A stretch of DNA of 47,302 nt from Octopus bimaculoides (GCF_001194135.2 NC_068981.1:140591712-140639013), one strand, 5' to 3'. Positions 1 to 15,645 are shown, counted from the stretch's first letter. Notes: a model not told the origin generated them from the letters alone. Numbers and translations: made by a program.

Positions 1-384
1 TTTATGAAGTGGCACAAACTGTTTTTTTGGATTATATTTTAAAATGTAATATTGACCTAATGAAAAAAACACCTTTTCTTTCGCATGATGTAATATCTCT
101 ATTCATTAATAAAAAAAAAAACTCGTTGGAAACAGCTGTAGTGAATGAAATATAACTTTTCTGTAGTCATGTGTGTGCGCATGTGTGCGTATGCGTGTGT
201 TTGTAAGACACAGTATAAATAATGGTCATAATATATTTTTCGTTGATTGGAGTAAATTTGGCGTGCAGTTGTTTCCGGTTGTCATTATAGGTTCCTAACC
301 AGCAGATGGTCAATTGATCAGTTGAGAAAAGGTGAACGACCTAAAAATTAGTTCTACTTTTGTCAGAGCCATTTCTGGTTATAA

Positions 385-440
385 CACGTATGCAACATAC
401 ACACGCACACACACATATATATATATATACATATATATAT

Positions 441-516
<76 letters not shown>

Positions 517-760
517 GCATATATATACATNNNNNNNNNNNNNNNNNNNNNNNNNNNNNNNNNNNNNNNNNNNNNNNNNNNNNNNNNNNNNNNNNNNNNN
601 NNNNNNNNNNNNNNNNNNNNNNNNNNNNNNNNTATATATATATATATATGTAATTATATATATGTATATATTCACATATGTCTCTGTGTGTACGTATGCA
701 TGTATGTATACATGTTTCTCTATAAATATTTATGTATGTGTGTGTGTAATTCTTTTTCTC
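385..760. repeat. Compound (CA)n/(TA)n/(TG)n microsatellite around the first gap
   Basis: Direct: acacac and tatata runs at 400-530, then tata/tgtg-rich sequence after the gap. Confidence 0.9.
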
Positions 761-1017
761 TGTGTGTGTTTGTGTTTGTTAATGCGTGTTTATTAACTAG
801 AGTACTGTATTCGGATATTTCCTATCCGCTCGAATATGTAAAATGTGATGGTTGTTTTCTACACTTCAGAGACAGAGAAACCGAGACTCGCAAAAATCAT
901 TTTATTCAGGGCTCTGAATGCTATGAAAATATCAAGAGATCTTCGATAAACACCTTACAGCGAAATAGGGGTGTTTCTTCTACATACACATACTCTCTTT
1001 CACACAAATACATACAC

Positions 1018-1070
<53 letters not shown>

Positions 1071-2169
1071 TCGGTTCATACATACATTCATACAGCAAAA
1101 TTTTTGTTTTTAATCTAATTATTTATGTAAGAAATGATAATAACAATAAGATGAGGAAGAAGAAACTGATAAGCAAGATATCAAACGAGAGCATTTGTTT
1201 TATTACCATATAATTGCTTTTCTATATCTACACACGAATTTCCTAGTCTTTGTAGACTACATTACGTGCTTCATTAACCCCCTTTATAATTTCCAATACA
1301 TGTATTGTACTTTCAATAAAAATTTAGGATCAGATTATCTGCACTACCGCAATTCCAATTAGAACATCTTTACAGAGGATACCTTGGCAGATGGAAAGCG
1401 TAATTACATCCAAAATGGCGGAAAATCATGTACTTTGACTCATTATTATTGTAGCGTAATCAGTTTCATTAGGGCTAGGAAAAGGTAGTTGAGCTTTTCA
1501 TGCTATTAGAAAAGCTAGAATTAGTAAATATGCATATATCGTTTATAAAATGCTATTATATGAAATAACGAGAAACTAAATACTTTACTTTTACTGCAAA
1601 ATATTTCTTAAAAATAAATTAAATGTTAAATTTTTGAAAATGTATTTGAAGATATCGTCCCGTAAATGTATTTGCGTTGTTTATGTTCATGTACACACTG
1701 AGCAGTTGCTAAATCGAGAAGATTTAGGATGAGTGCATTTCGGAGTCGTGAACATTTTACGCTCAGTACCATGATATATTCAATGGCAGTTTCCTTACGA
1801 TGTTGCGATGTGAGAAACATCTAGTGACTGCTTATCGCAGCTTAATGGCTGTGACAAAACTCATTTTTTTGTTCCAATTGTGATACAGTCAACTATCTTT
1901 GAGGTAAAGCAGTGAGAAGTATGACTTGAGTATCAACATGATAATATTTAATGTTATGTTTCTACCCATACATATTTACTTTTTATTTACCAGCACAGGG
2001 ATTTGTTTAAGAAAACACTGATATAATTTCATAATTGCGTTACAAACACATGAAAACCATTTCGCTTTAATTTTCACATTGATATTCAAAAACTTTAACC
2101 CTGAAAGTCGTCCACATTTACAGAGGAAGCGATAATGGTGCACCAGCATGGCAGCAGATTTGATGCAAT

Positions 2170-2204
<35 letters not shown>

Positions 2205-2481
2205 ATGCTCTCAGCTTAGTTTTTCCTTGGGGCTGGCCAGATTGGAGCAATCTCGAGTATAACCAGCCGAAGTTGCAAAGATATTCTGGAACTCGACTGA
2301 AGAAAGAAAAGTCCGAATGACCTTTCAAAGCCTTTCTGGTACGCACTTTTAATATCATTATTATTTGCTGCCGAATGTAACAGCGCTTGCGCAGTGTATT
2401 TGAAGATATAATCTATAAGTATACAGTACGCACGTGTGATTTCGGTACGTATTAGCTACATAATTATATATTAATTTTAGT

Positions 2482-2552
2482 GACCTCACTGAAGAAGGAC
2501 AGGTGACAATTAATTTATTTGCTCATTAATGCAGAAACTCGAGTTTGGGGTT
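2482..2552 (+). ncRNA. Candidate type I hammerhead-ribozyme-like motif with degenerate stem II
   Basis: CUGAAGA at 2489-2495, GAAAC at 2534-2538, UCGA loop, then GUU at 2543-2545. GACCUCA (2482-2488) pairs with UGGGGUU (2546-2552) over 7 bp including 2 G-U pairs. Stem II is not closed by a canonical pair. Confidence 0.3.
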
Positions 2553-4922
2553 AACTATTAAAATATTTAATTATTTTCGTTCTCTTTCAAATTGCTTTTA
2601 TTTGTAGTTTGGGTTTTGAATGCCCTTTCTGTATCCTGTGAAAGGGGTCGTCTCGTTCATATATAAATACTTAATTGTTAATACTCTATTATATATATAT
2701 NNNNNNNNNNNNNNNNNNNNNNNNNNNNNNNNNNNNNNNNNNNNNNNNNNNNNNNNNNNNNNNNNNNNNNNNNNNNNNNNNNNNNNNNNNNNNNNNNNNN
2801 NNNNNNNNNNNNNNNNNNNNNNNNNNNNNNNNNNNNNNNNNNNNNNNNNNNNNNNNNNNNNNNNNNNNNNNNNNNNNNNNNNNNNNNNNNNNNNNNNNNN
2901 NNNNNNNNNNNNNNNNNNNNNNNNNNNNNNNNNNNNNNNNNNNNNNNNNNNNNNNNNNNNNNNNNNNNNNNNNNNNNNNNNNNNNNNNNNNNNNNNNNNN
3001 NNNNNNNNNNNNNNNNNNNNNNNNNNNNNNNNNNNNNNNNNNNNNNNNNNNNNNNNNNNNNNNNNNNNNNNNNNNNNNNNNNNNNNNNNNNNNNNNNNNN
3101 NNNNNNNNNNNNNNNNNNNNNNNNNNNNNNNNNNNNNNNNNNNNNNNNNNNNNNNNNNNNNNNNNNNNNNNNNNNNNNNNNNNNNNNNNNNNNNNNNNNN
3201 NNNNNNNNNNNNNNNNNNNNNNNNNNNNNNNNNNNNNNNNNNNNNNNNNNNNNNNNNNNNNNNNNNNNNNNNNNNNNNNNNNNNNNNNNNNNNNNNNNNN
3301 NNNNNNNNNNNNNNNNNNNNNNNNNNNNNNNNNNNNNNNNNNNNNNNNNNNNNNNNNNNNNNNNNNNNNNNNNNNNNNNNNNNNNNNNNNNNNNNNNNNN
3401 NNNNNNNNNNNNNNNNNNNNNNNNNNNNNNNNNNNNNNNNNNNNNNNNNNNNNNNNNNNNNNNNNNNNNNNNNNNNNNNNNNNNNNNNNNNNNNNNNNNN
3501 NNNNNNNNNNNNNNNNNNNNNTATATATATATATATATGCGTTTGCGTTGGTGCGTGTGTGTGCATGCGTATGTGTTTGCGCTTGTGTGTGTGTATGTTT
3601 GTGTGTGTATACTATTTCAACTTGTAGTTTACTTTATCAGTGCAGTCTTGAAGTAGTGCTTTTCAGTCATATAGTGTGCTATACTTCTGTTGTGATGCTT
3701 TACATAAGCACGTTCTCTATGTAATTTAGTAAGATAAACATTAAAAGTTACAAATTATTTTTTATTATTTGATCTACTACATTAAATATAAAACAATTTA
3801 CTTAACGATTAACAATGAAAGCACATTGAAGGAATATTTTGTATTAAAGAAATAATTTCTTCAAAGACTATTTTTCAAACATTAAGGAAGTGGTTTACAA
3901 ATAGAATTAGGTTGAAAATAGTCCCTTATTTCCTCAGAATTTCCTCCAGCATCTTTGATTTCTCCGATGACATTATTTTGTTTACTTATTTGCGTAATAA
4001 CAATATCTTTAGTAATGTATTTCGAACGCTGATATATTAGGTGATTATATAAAATAATTTTGCAATTCGACATCGCAAAGCATGTGAAATTTGATTCAAT
4101 ATCAATTAATATGAATAAAACGATACATATCGCCTCTTGAAGTGCATTTGATGTTCAATGGATATGTTTTTACTGATAGATATAGTTTCGTATATTGTAC
4201 TTTTTACCGTAATTAAGCGTATCTGTTATACACATCTATTCAAATGTTTTATACATATCTATATGTGTATATATACACAGACACAAATATATATGTACTC
4301 ATTATTATGAATTATTGGGTTTTATATATTCAAACACTGCAGGCTATACTAGGTTTTGATAACTCTAGCAACATTCAAATGTACGTGACATCTGTTCTAA
4401 AATAAAACGAAATCCCATATTTTTGTTATTTCCTCGTTGAAATAGGTAAAGATTGTGAAATAATATTATTTTGCAACTTCAATAGTGGCTATTTTAACCT
4501 TGTGTCCGCTGGTTTAATATCCTCTATAGCATACAATATTATTTGCCGTAAAATTCAAAGAAAGAAAATTAATTTCTTTATGATATGCAAAGTTGTGTGA
4601 TGAATTTCGAGACAATAGACTGTTTCTAAGGATTCTGTCCGAAGCCGATTACTGAACTACAATTGCGTCATCACCTTTACCAGCCAATCTCTTTTGCCCT
4701 GACATTGTTTTATATTTTCAGCTACACTGCAAAAAAAATAGTGTCTATGCGTATATAGGGCCAAAGACTCTCTTACCTGGGCATCTATGAAATCTTGTAT
4801 TTATTCTTATACTTGCTCGACCTTTATTATGTCTGAAATAGCAACCGAAATTCCCTAAACGATATCCTACAATTTTGTAAAACGAAAGTCACGTTAAACA
4901 ATGAAGTACTATATAACACCTC

Positions 4923-4966
4923 AAAGTGTTATAAAGTATTATCACGAATAAAGTGTTATCACGAAT
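4923..4966. repeat. Short tandem duplication of aaagt(a/g)ttatcacgaat, about 2.6 copies
   Basis: 17-nt units at 4933-4949 and 4950-4966 differ at one base. A partial unit lies at 4923-4932. Confidence 0.8.
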
Positions 4967-6020
4967 AAATGAATTTGATCCTAAGCATACTTACTCAACA
5001 ATTAGGTAGGATTAAATCTACAACAATCATTTTTTTAACAACTCCAGCACAAGAAACTCTTTTCGACGTCTTGCATTGAGAACTGTATGTTTTAGAGTAA
5101 TTTCTTATGTTCTCGTTGCGATTTTTGCTTAACTACGTAAGCCTCAGCGATGAACGCTATTAAATTTATTTCATTCGTGAATAGCAGATCGTTATTTCAG
5201 ACATTCTTTATATAGGGATATAGTATCCCGTGTAGTTTTCTTTTGGAACAAGTAAAGCAAATATACATAAGCTATTTCGTTGACTCATCCGTACTTGAAA
5301 ATGTTGAAAGAGTTGTATATCTTCAGATAAACCTTATCATGAAGTGGTATGTTCAGAGAAGTTCAAGGTGTAACAAACTCGTATTTTAGAGTTATGTCTG
5401 ACTAAAGTTTTAAATATATTCCTATTTCATTATCGCGACTTCCACCACAATTATTTCGCTACGACTCAGTTATTGGTGGTTTTCAAAGTGCAGTTGCTCT
5501 CTAAAGTATAGTAATGCAAAAACATCATTGTGAATCCTAAGGAAATAAATAACATGAAAGAGAATGTCGTGTTGTTGATTAATAAATTTGAATTGGAATC
5601 TCACGGTTTGAAAAGCCATCGTTTTGATACAATTACAATTATAGCTTAGACGATATAAAAAATTACACTCTCGCAATATTTTTAAGATGTATTGTCAATC
5701 CTTGCTTCATTAGCTGCTGAATGGTATATTATTAAAACTAAATTTGAAATACAATGATGTGTATATTCAATGAAATAAAATCAACAATACGAAAATAATT
5801 AAAGCAATTAAATATTAATTTATTTAGAAAATTATTGTATTATTATTGCATGACGAAATTCTAATCAACAAAATCCGTCCTCATAACACTAATTTTATTG
5901 TTCATTCGGTGTAATGTTTTCTATATTTATTCGTTGTAAATCCCTTAAGAGAAAAGTACACTTGAAACACAAGTGCTACGTTTCGTCGCAGTATTCAGTC
6001 AAATAATATTGATTATCAGT

Positions 6021-6078
6021 ATTATTATTATCATTATTATTATTATTGTTATTATTATTATTATGATTGTCATTATTT
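6021..6078. repeat. Imperfect (ATT)n microsatellite at the 5' junction of the first LINE
   Basis: Direct: attattatta tcattattat tattattgtt attattatta. Confidence 0.9.
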
Positions 6079-6079
6079 T

Positions 6080-6821
6080 TCCTTCTTGTATATAAGCGTG
6101 AAAAGTGCGTTAGATTCTTCAAGGAGAACAACATGTTCAAAAACACAAAAATTTATATTGGAAAATAGGGAAAATACCAGTTACAGTAAAGTCTGTCCCA
6201 TGAAAAGAAGAAGTGCAGGAATTATGGAATAAAGTTTGGGCAGAAGAAAAACACACAATGAAAAGGCCCCTTGGATAGATAGAATATCTACAGACATTGC
6301 TCTCCTTCGAAGAGCAAAAGTGGGAGGGTATCAAGGTAGAAGATGTATGATCTGCTCTGATGAAGACAAGTACATGGAAGTCACCAGTAAAGGATAAAAT
6401 TCCGAACTTCCCAGAGAGCTATGAACTGCTAACAAAACTTTACAACAATGTTTTGCAACATCCTAGTATGATTCCCTCTTGGCTGGTTAATGGTGTAACA
6501 TTTCTACTTTAAAAAAATGAAGAAACAAATGAACCAAAACATTATAGACCTATAACACGCTTAACAGCAATGTATACAATGCTAACATATGTCTTGACTG
6601 AATATACCTATAGTTTTTTTAACAGAAAGTAGCATATTCCCTAATGAACAAAAAGGATGTAACCGCGGGTCATATGGTTGTTAAGATCAGCTACTCATCA
6701 ATAGGATGAATTTGGAAGATTATCACAAACGACACAAAAACTTGTCGATAGCGTGGATAGACTATGACAAAGCATTTGATAGTCTACCACATAGCTCGAT
6801 TAAGAAAAGTCTTGAAATTTA
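6080..6821 (+). mobile_element. R4/Dong-clade non-LTR retrotransposon, 5' part (5'-truncated, start of RT), decayed
   Basis: Manual translation across stops and frameshifts gives KEEVQELWNKVW..HNEKAPWID, WKSPVKDKIPNF, IPSWLVNGVTFLL, PKHYRPITRL, PNEQKGCNRGSYGC*DQLLIN and NLSIAWIDYDKAFDSLPHS. These match RT subdomains 0-3 of R4/Dong-type ORFs. Confidence 0.85.
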
Positions 6822-8064
6822 TTGGGTTGGCAACTAGGTTCCCGCCGTTTTATTTTTAAATGTAACATTTTTAAAACGTTTAATAAAAATTACAACTAAT
6901 TAATCAATAATGTATTCACCCTTGTTGTTTACAACTTCTTCCCAAAGTTCAACAAGATTTTCAATACCTCGTTGGTAGAAATCATCCGATTTCGACTCGA
7001 AAAATTGATCCAAACCAAGCTCTCAATTCTGCATCAGTATTGAACGAAACTCCGCGCATAGCATTTGAAACAGATCGAAAGAGGTAGAAATCCGTTGGTG
7101 CCAAATCAGGAGAGTACGGTAGGTGTGGCAGCTGGCGATATGAGGGTGGGCGTTCTCGTGCAGCAGAAGAACTCCATGCTGCTGATTAGGTCTTTTCTCT
7201 TGAATAGCTGTGTTGAGTCGTTCCCTCTGTTGAACATAGAGTTCCGCGTTGACCGTTTGGCTCCGTTCAAGCAATTCGTAATAGATAATCCCTTCCCAGT
7301 CCCATCATACGCACAACATCGTTTTACACGGATGAAGATCTTGTTTCATGCGCAGTGTCACTTGTTTACCGGGGCTAAGCCATTCCTTACGCTGCTTCAT
7401 ATTGATGTACAGACACCATTTTTCCTCGCCAGTAACGATTCGGTAAACAAATCGTTGCTTGTGTCCATGAGTTGAGCAGTGACGAGCAAGCAAGCAAGCC
7501 AGCGGAGATTGTGGCTCGTTGATTTTTGTTGTTGTTGTCACTTAAAGCATGCGGAACCCATGCTCCATACCTCTGAACGATTCCCATCGAGTGAAGATGC
7601 TTCTCTATAGCAGTGTGGGAGTATTCCATTTTCTCTGCCAGTTCCCTTGTCGTTTGACGAGAATTTTCGTACAAAAGTTGGTTTAATCGCTCTTCATCGA
7701 ACTCAACTGGACGGCCAGAATGTGGTCCATCTTTGAGGTCAAAATTTCCATTTTCTAACTCGACATACCAATCACAAGCTATAACACCCTCTCCATACAC
7801 AGCACAAATGTCGCGAGCAGCTTTTGCGGCCTTAGAACCTTGATTAAAAACAAAAAGGTGTCGAAAATGCTTGTTTTTCTTAACTTGACATTCCATTTTA
7901 ATGATCTGAAAATAAACAAATATTAACTAAAATTAACTAGAAAAAGAAAAAAAGATTCCAAAATGATTCAAAAATAGAATTCTCGAAAATATAGATTCCA
8001 AAATTTGAAAACGTAATAAATTCCAAAATTTAAAAAAATCGCGGAAACTTAGTTGCCAACCCAA
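6822..8064 (-). mobile_element. Full-length mariner (DD34D) DNA transposon, about 1.24 kb, with TA target-site duplication
   Basis: Left TIR ttgggttggcaactaggttcccgc (6822-6845) and right TIR (8041-8064, reverse complement ttgggttggcaactaagtttccgc) match at 22/24 positions. TA lies at 6820-6821 and 8065-8066. The interior encodes a mariner transposase. Confidence 0.95.
6900..7896 (-). pseudogene. Frameshifted mariner transposase (Mos1-like motifs)
   Basis: Three frames give an HTH N-terminus (MECQVKKNKHFRH..), WVPHAL (the WVPHEL motif), IVTGEEKW (TGDEKW), LLHENAHPH (HDNARPH) and PYSPDLAPTDF (YSPDLAP), ending NKGEYIID* at 6900-6902. The first two catalytic Asp positions read as Glu. Confidence 0.92.
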
Positions 8065-8066
8065 TA

Positions 8067-10199
<2,133 letters not shown>

Positions 10200-11193
10200 T
10201 AATGCATAGTGAATTTTCGCATAAATATTAACTATATCTAGAGTTCTATTTAGAATAATTAGAAGAAATATTAATAGATAATTAGTTCATATTTAAAATC
10301 TTTCAGTCTTAAGCATACTATTTAACTTTTTCAGAATAATCAATATATTTTCAATCACAACCTAAAAAAGCTTGTATATACATGCATGTGTTTGTATGTG
10401 TCGTTCTCTGTATGTGCTGGTGTCATAATCTGTGTGCGTTTGTGTTATTCTCTGTGTGTTTATGGACGTGTGCGGCGGTGATTATATGTATGAATATATA
10501 CAGATTTTATAGATGAACATGTTTCCTGTTACAGCTATTATACAGTATGAGGAACTATAATTTTTATACTTTTAGATAGACAGCTTAACAATATACTAAG
10601 GCTATATTATAAACAGCCACAATGTATATTTATGAAGGTGAGAATAATTTAATGGCAAATATTTATGAATCTGATTTGGTCGTTCTTTCAAGATGAGACC
10701 CGACCTCGCAATATAAACTGATTATCAAAAATAATTTTATGTTTTTCATTCTGATTCCCTATTATTTCTGTCAATCCCCCGTTCTATTTATCTTAATACA
10801 GACCAATTTATCACTGGCTCTGCCGTATTTAAATAAATCTTCACTATCAAGTATAATTGAGCAATAAATCACATTACAATTTCTCGGAGATGTGTAACGC
10901 ATAATCGAGTATGTGTCCTGTTCGAACATAGCGTATTGTTATTTGTTTCAGAATTTGCATATTGCGAGGAATAATTACTACAGGTGAGATGACGTTTAAT
11001 TCAGTCGAAATATCTTGCAATATTTATTTATGCATCGGTATTGGGTCAGTTCCATAGTGTAAAACGTTTAGCATCCATATAATATTTTAATAGTGCCAAC
11101 GTATAGCATAAACAAACATTCAAAAATAAAGCAATTATCCCATGGCTAATTAAGTTTTGTTATATCTTGAATTTATTGATTCAGATAATTAAA

Positions 11194-11400
11194 CCTGGCA
11201 GAATCGTTACCGCGGTAGAAAAATTGCTTATCCGCACTTCATCCGAATTTACGTTCTGTGTTCAAACGTCGCTGTGGTCGACTTCGATTTTCATTCTTTC
11301 GAAGTTGATAAAATAAGTATCACTTGAACAGTGGACTCGATGCAATCGACTTAGCCCCTCACTCGAAATTGCTGACCTTCTGCTAATATTTGAAACCAAT
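11194..11400 (+). mobile_element. SINE family A (tRNA-like head, ATT-type tail), diverged copy
   Basis: Shares ctggcagaatcgtt, tttacgttctg.gttcaaa, ggtcgactt, aatcgactt and tttgaaacca with copies at 41178 and 46505, and in reverse with copies at 35468, 35651, 44711 and 45355. Confidence 0.8.
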
Positions 11401-14400
11401 ATTTCAACTAATTTAGTATCATTTTCTTTATTTCCGTTCTTATACGTCTATCTTTCCGTTTTACTTGTTCATTGAGTATATTATTTTCTACAACGTATAT
11501 GCGTACTAGAATAGTGTTAAACTTCCAAGGTTAGTAATGAATTGGTATGTATTAATGTAAATACCGTGGAGGATTAAGCTAAATACAAAGTAATTAGAAT
11601 AAGTGGCCATATGACATTTTTTGTTTATTACTCAGTTTATACTGAGGTCGGAACCCATCTAGAAAAGACACCAAATTAGATTCATGTATAATCATTAAAC
11701 TATCCTTATCTTTATAGATATATTGTCATGGTTTTCCGTATATAATACGATATATTGTTAAGTAGGTCTCTCCAACTTCTTATTCACAAAGTTCTTTTTA
11801 CACAATATTCTGACTGGTGTCCTTAATGATTTCGGCATAATATAATGAATGATAAACAGAGAAAATAAAACTTTCGAAAGGAATGATATCAAGGTGTAAC
11901 AAGTTCCTGATAATTATTTAGCATTTTGATTATGCAGTAATCTATTTAAGTGCCAGGGAAATCAAATATTAATCTCCAAATCAAAACTATCCAACTCATA
12001 AAGCTCATACACTTAAGCTGTTTTCTATAAACTTGTCCCATGAATATTTTAGCTAAGAATAAAGCACCTTAAAGAGTAAAACTATAGCCACAATGGTGCA
12101 TATGAGTACAATAATGAGTTACTAATTCACTGTTGATTACTTTGAGCAATGAAAAGCAATAAGGATCATGGTTTGGATTGATTGCCTACAAGATGTTTCT
12201 CCTCGAATATTAAATAAACCAATGATAATGTCAACAAGAGAAAAAGGAAAATAATTTAAGAATATAAACTAAAAACTTAATGTTATTAGAATATTTAAGA
12301 ACATTCCGTTTGTATATTCCTTAGCTATCTACTAAACCAACGTACTGGGCTACGCTGAACAAGAAAGTCTTTATGTATACGAATGGTTTTATGCTGTATG
12401 CTGTAGCTGACAATTCAATGAAAATTTTGGTACGTGTTTCGAATAGGTTCATTAAATATAATGGCAAGTTCAGTGTAGGAGATTACGTTATTCAGTCTTG
12501 AAGAGCGAAAATTAGAACCAGAACGGTAATGTCATGTTAAATATATGGAAACGGAGATAAGAGAATTAGAGCGAACACTGTCTTACATATGTTAAGGAAT
12601 TAATTAAACAAGGTACATCGCTCAAAATGATGGAAACTGTTAGGAAGAAATATTACAGAGTTATAATCATAGAATTAGCTTAATACCTAAACTTAGCGTA
12701 ATGCCAATAATAAGGTATTAGATATCAATCTTTTAAAGATTTCATTTGTAAGCTGCATGCATAATACTCTGAACAGGGAGCTAACTGAATTAAAGTATCA
12801 TTACTGGAATATAATGAAAATAATGACAGAATTTAGATCACACTATCCTAAATCCTGATACAGAGTATTAACTTTCATAGCTGCCGAGATGCAGGTGACT
12901 ATGTAATTGAAAAATACTTATGAAATAACTAAGATACCTTATAAATCGTACAGTATAGAATAAACGGACATTAATACAAATAAGTCCGGAAAAGATAGCC
13001 CAATAAGACATGTACTCAAGAATGCAGGTCAGAAAAAATAAATATAAAGTAGGAAAATGTATGTAAACTAAATAAAATTCAGACTACAATATTCATTTGA
13101 AAGGTGAAAAGACCGTATCTAGATATGGCCGTTGAAAGACGAAATGCGAGAAAATAATGACACCAAAGCAAAATCATTCTATGATAGACAATCCAAATAG
13201 GAAACAAAGCTAAATAAACGATATTGAACACGATGACAAACAATATGCAGAATATGTGTAAGTTGTAAGAAATCGATTTTCGTTATACAATCTGTAGCAA
13301 AGCAGGGCAAAGAGACAGCCCCACAAAATTAGACGATTCAGAAAATAGAAACAATGTTAGTAACTTATAATATCCATTCTGTAAAAATAATACCTCTTCT
13401 CTGTTCTGGTTCATTACAATCTAAGTTTAAGTCCTGTGGAGATTTGCATTGTAGTTTTATTTAGGTTTTTGATAGGAAGATCAAAGTCAACTACCCGGAA
13501 ATATTACATCGATTAGTGTAATCTCTAAAAAAAAAGCAATTGCCTAGCAAGATACTGTAGAAAACGAATCCTCTCCGATGTGTGGGGCTGCAATGAAAAC
13601 TGAACTGATAGGGTAACTGGAGAGCTCAAGAATGGAAATTATTTTAAATATGCGTTGCACTTTTTATTAACGTCAGCAGTACAAAAACACACAACCTTTG
13701 ACATAACCTCACTTAATGCATTTTCTCAAAAGTGCCCCATTAATTGACAGATCATAGAGATAACATTGGCAATGCATTGATAAATATCAATTCAGACACA
13801 GTTATCATATAAAACCTCACCAGACCATATTGTCGAATCCCGAAAGGAAAAGTAATAACTTCTGATCGAGACAGGATTTCTGGTATCGATAATATATCTT
13901 AGAAGAAATACAGGAATATATAGATCTAGAGATATCTAGGATGCAGTAATAGAAAATAAGGTAATATCAGAATAATAGAAATATATGTGTGTGTGGGAAT
14001 GTGTGTTTTTTTCTGTGCATGTATACACACACGCACACACACACAAGCACGCACACACATTTACACATAGACAAACATATTTACACACATTTTCTTTTCT
14101 GTTTTTAGTCATTTGAATTTTTCTGTGAATGGAGCTGGCTTCGAACAAAGATACAAAGCTTTATCGTTGGAATGTAGATGTGATTTAGTTGACTGATTTC
14201 TTCTACCAAAAAACCTTACATCACGCAGCTTGTTAATCATTTACTCACAAAACCAAGGCCACTGAGTATTATTGGTATAAATGTGAATTTATAATCTAGA
14301 TAAAGAAGCTGGAGGTTCCGAAATAGGTGTCTACAGTTATCCTCTTTCTCTTTGATTTCCAAAGTGATATGTACAGCGAGCAGGATAGCTGACCTCTGCG

Positions 14401-15539
14401 ACTGTACACACTTTTCTTGTCCGCTTCACACAATATTCAGCCTGTCATATTTACATTTCACAGAGTTTCAACGGGGATATTCCACCAGTATTCCTTCTAT
14501 CGATGTTTGTGTACGTATTCGGAAACGGGTGGTTCTTTATATTTATTCCATGAGTGCCTATTTTTCGCATGGCATTGTATATTAGTACTGTGAAAACGTT
14601 GCGTTAGATAGGTAGGTAGTATCGTCATTGCAATTTGGGGCAGATGCCAATTACATTCGTGATGTCTTCGATAGAATTACATTCTAGTATACATCTCTCG
14701 TTGCAACTTGGAGCTCCAACTGCTTCACCGTCTCATTTGTTAGTTAGGTATTTAGCACCAATCTCCTATTCTTGAATTGCAAGTGCCTAACCATCGAAGT
14801 GTGATGTATGTATATATATATATATTGCATTTATATGAATGTTCATTTTCTGTTTTTGTGTGTATGAATGCATGAACAAGTTGTAGTAAGAGCTTACGTC
14901 TGTAAAAACAATCTACAAGTATTTTAATTTTACATTTTGACTATAAATTGGAGCCATTAATTTAACTAGAGATATCTACTTGTTTAATTGACCACTAGGC
15001 TGACTGGTTTTAAGATCGTTTAATTAACTGGAAAATTAGCTCTTAGGCTAGTCAACTCATTTTTTTTTTTTTGGTTGTACTGCAACCAGCAGTCACTCAT
15101 TATGACCACGTACCATAGTTATTACCTCCCCGTAACCAGAAATATTTGAATAACTTTCCTTCGGTATTAATTCGTTTCATCGTTCTTACTAATTTCGCAT
15201 TCATGTTAATAAACTGTTGAACCATTTCCAACCCTAACCGTCTTACATCCTAAGTGTCTGTATTGGTTCCTCTCTTAATATTTTATTCCGCAATAATATT
15301 ATTTTTTAATCTAGTATTTACTACCCTGAGCGTCTAAGGGCCCCTTACAACATACACCAACTTCCTATTTATTTATTTATTTATTAATCTTACCCCGTAT
15401 GACGGTCTCAATAGCTGGTCTTTAGCTTTAAAATTTCAATTGACCAATTACATCTAACTTTGGACCTTGGCGTATCTCACTTCGGAGGACAAGCGGAAGG
15501 ACTTAACCACCTACTAGTAAATAAATAAATTATATTTAA

Positions 15540-15645
15540 CCGATTAGCACTTGCCCGAAACGTAACACGTTCCTTCTTTCCTTCCCTGAGCTACTTATTA
15601 ATATTTGCACGTACCACGTCCTCGCGTTGTTGTTATTTCGTGTGT
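15540..15645 (+). mobile_element. Diverged sibling of the hammerhead-bearing repeat at 29320-29511 (probable Penelope-like terminal repeat fragment)
   Basis: Colinear with the reverse complement of 29320-29423 through cgaaacgt, ttccc(t)gagc, ta(t/c)taata, accac..gtcctcg and ttgttgtt.tttcgt. Confidence 0.5.

Noticed and set aside
2297-2318. CUGAAGA...GUCCGAAU second hammerhead-like core
   Set aside because: It has GAAU instead of GAAA and no pairing stem I or III. Kept only as a side note to the 2482 candidate.
12560-12830. Possible Penelope GIY-YIG remnant (GNC*EEILQSYNHRISL, LNRELTEL)
   Set aside because: Only loose resemblance, with many stops and no diagnostic GIY or YIG motif. It needs a profile HMM search.
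13550-13975. Possible third REL-type LINE remnant (IQTQLSYKTSPDHIVESRKEK**LLIE)
   Set aside because: A single weak motif with no supporting RT motifs nearby.
14285-14345. gataa..agaag..ccgaaatag-gtgt-cta..ttatc, hammerhead-like arrangement
   Set aside because: The CUGA core is absent and the required A-U pair at the base of stem III is missing.
14350-14790. More balanced-composition block, with a minus-strand peptide WWNIPVETL*NVNMTG faintly like pogo/Tigger DDE
   Set aside because: Multiple stops and no intact motif. It cannot be told from chance without a search. No convincing exon boundaries.
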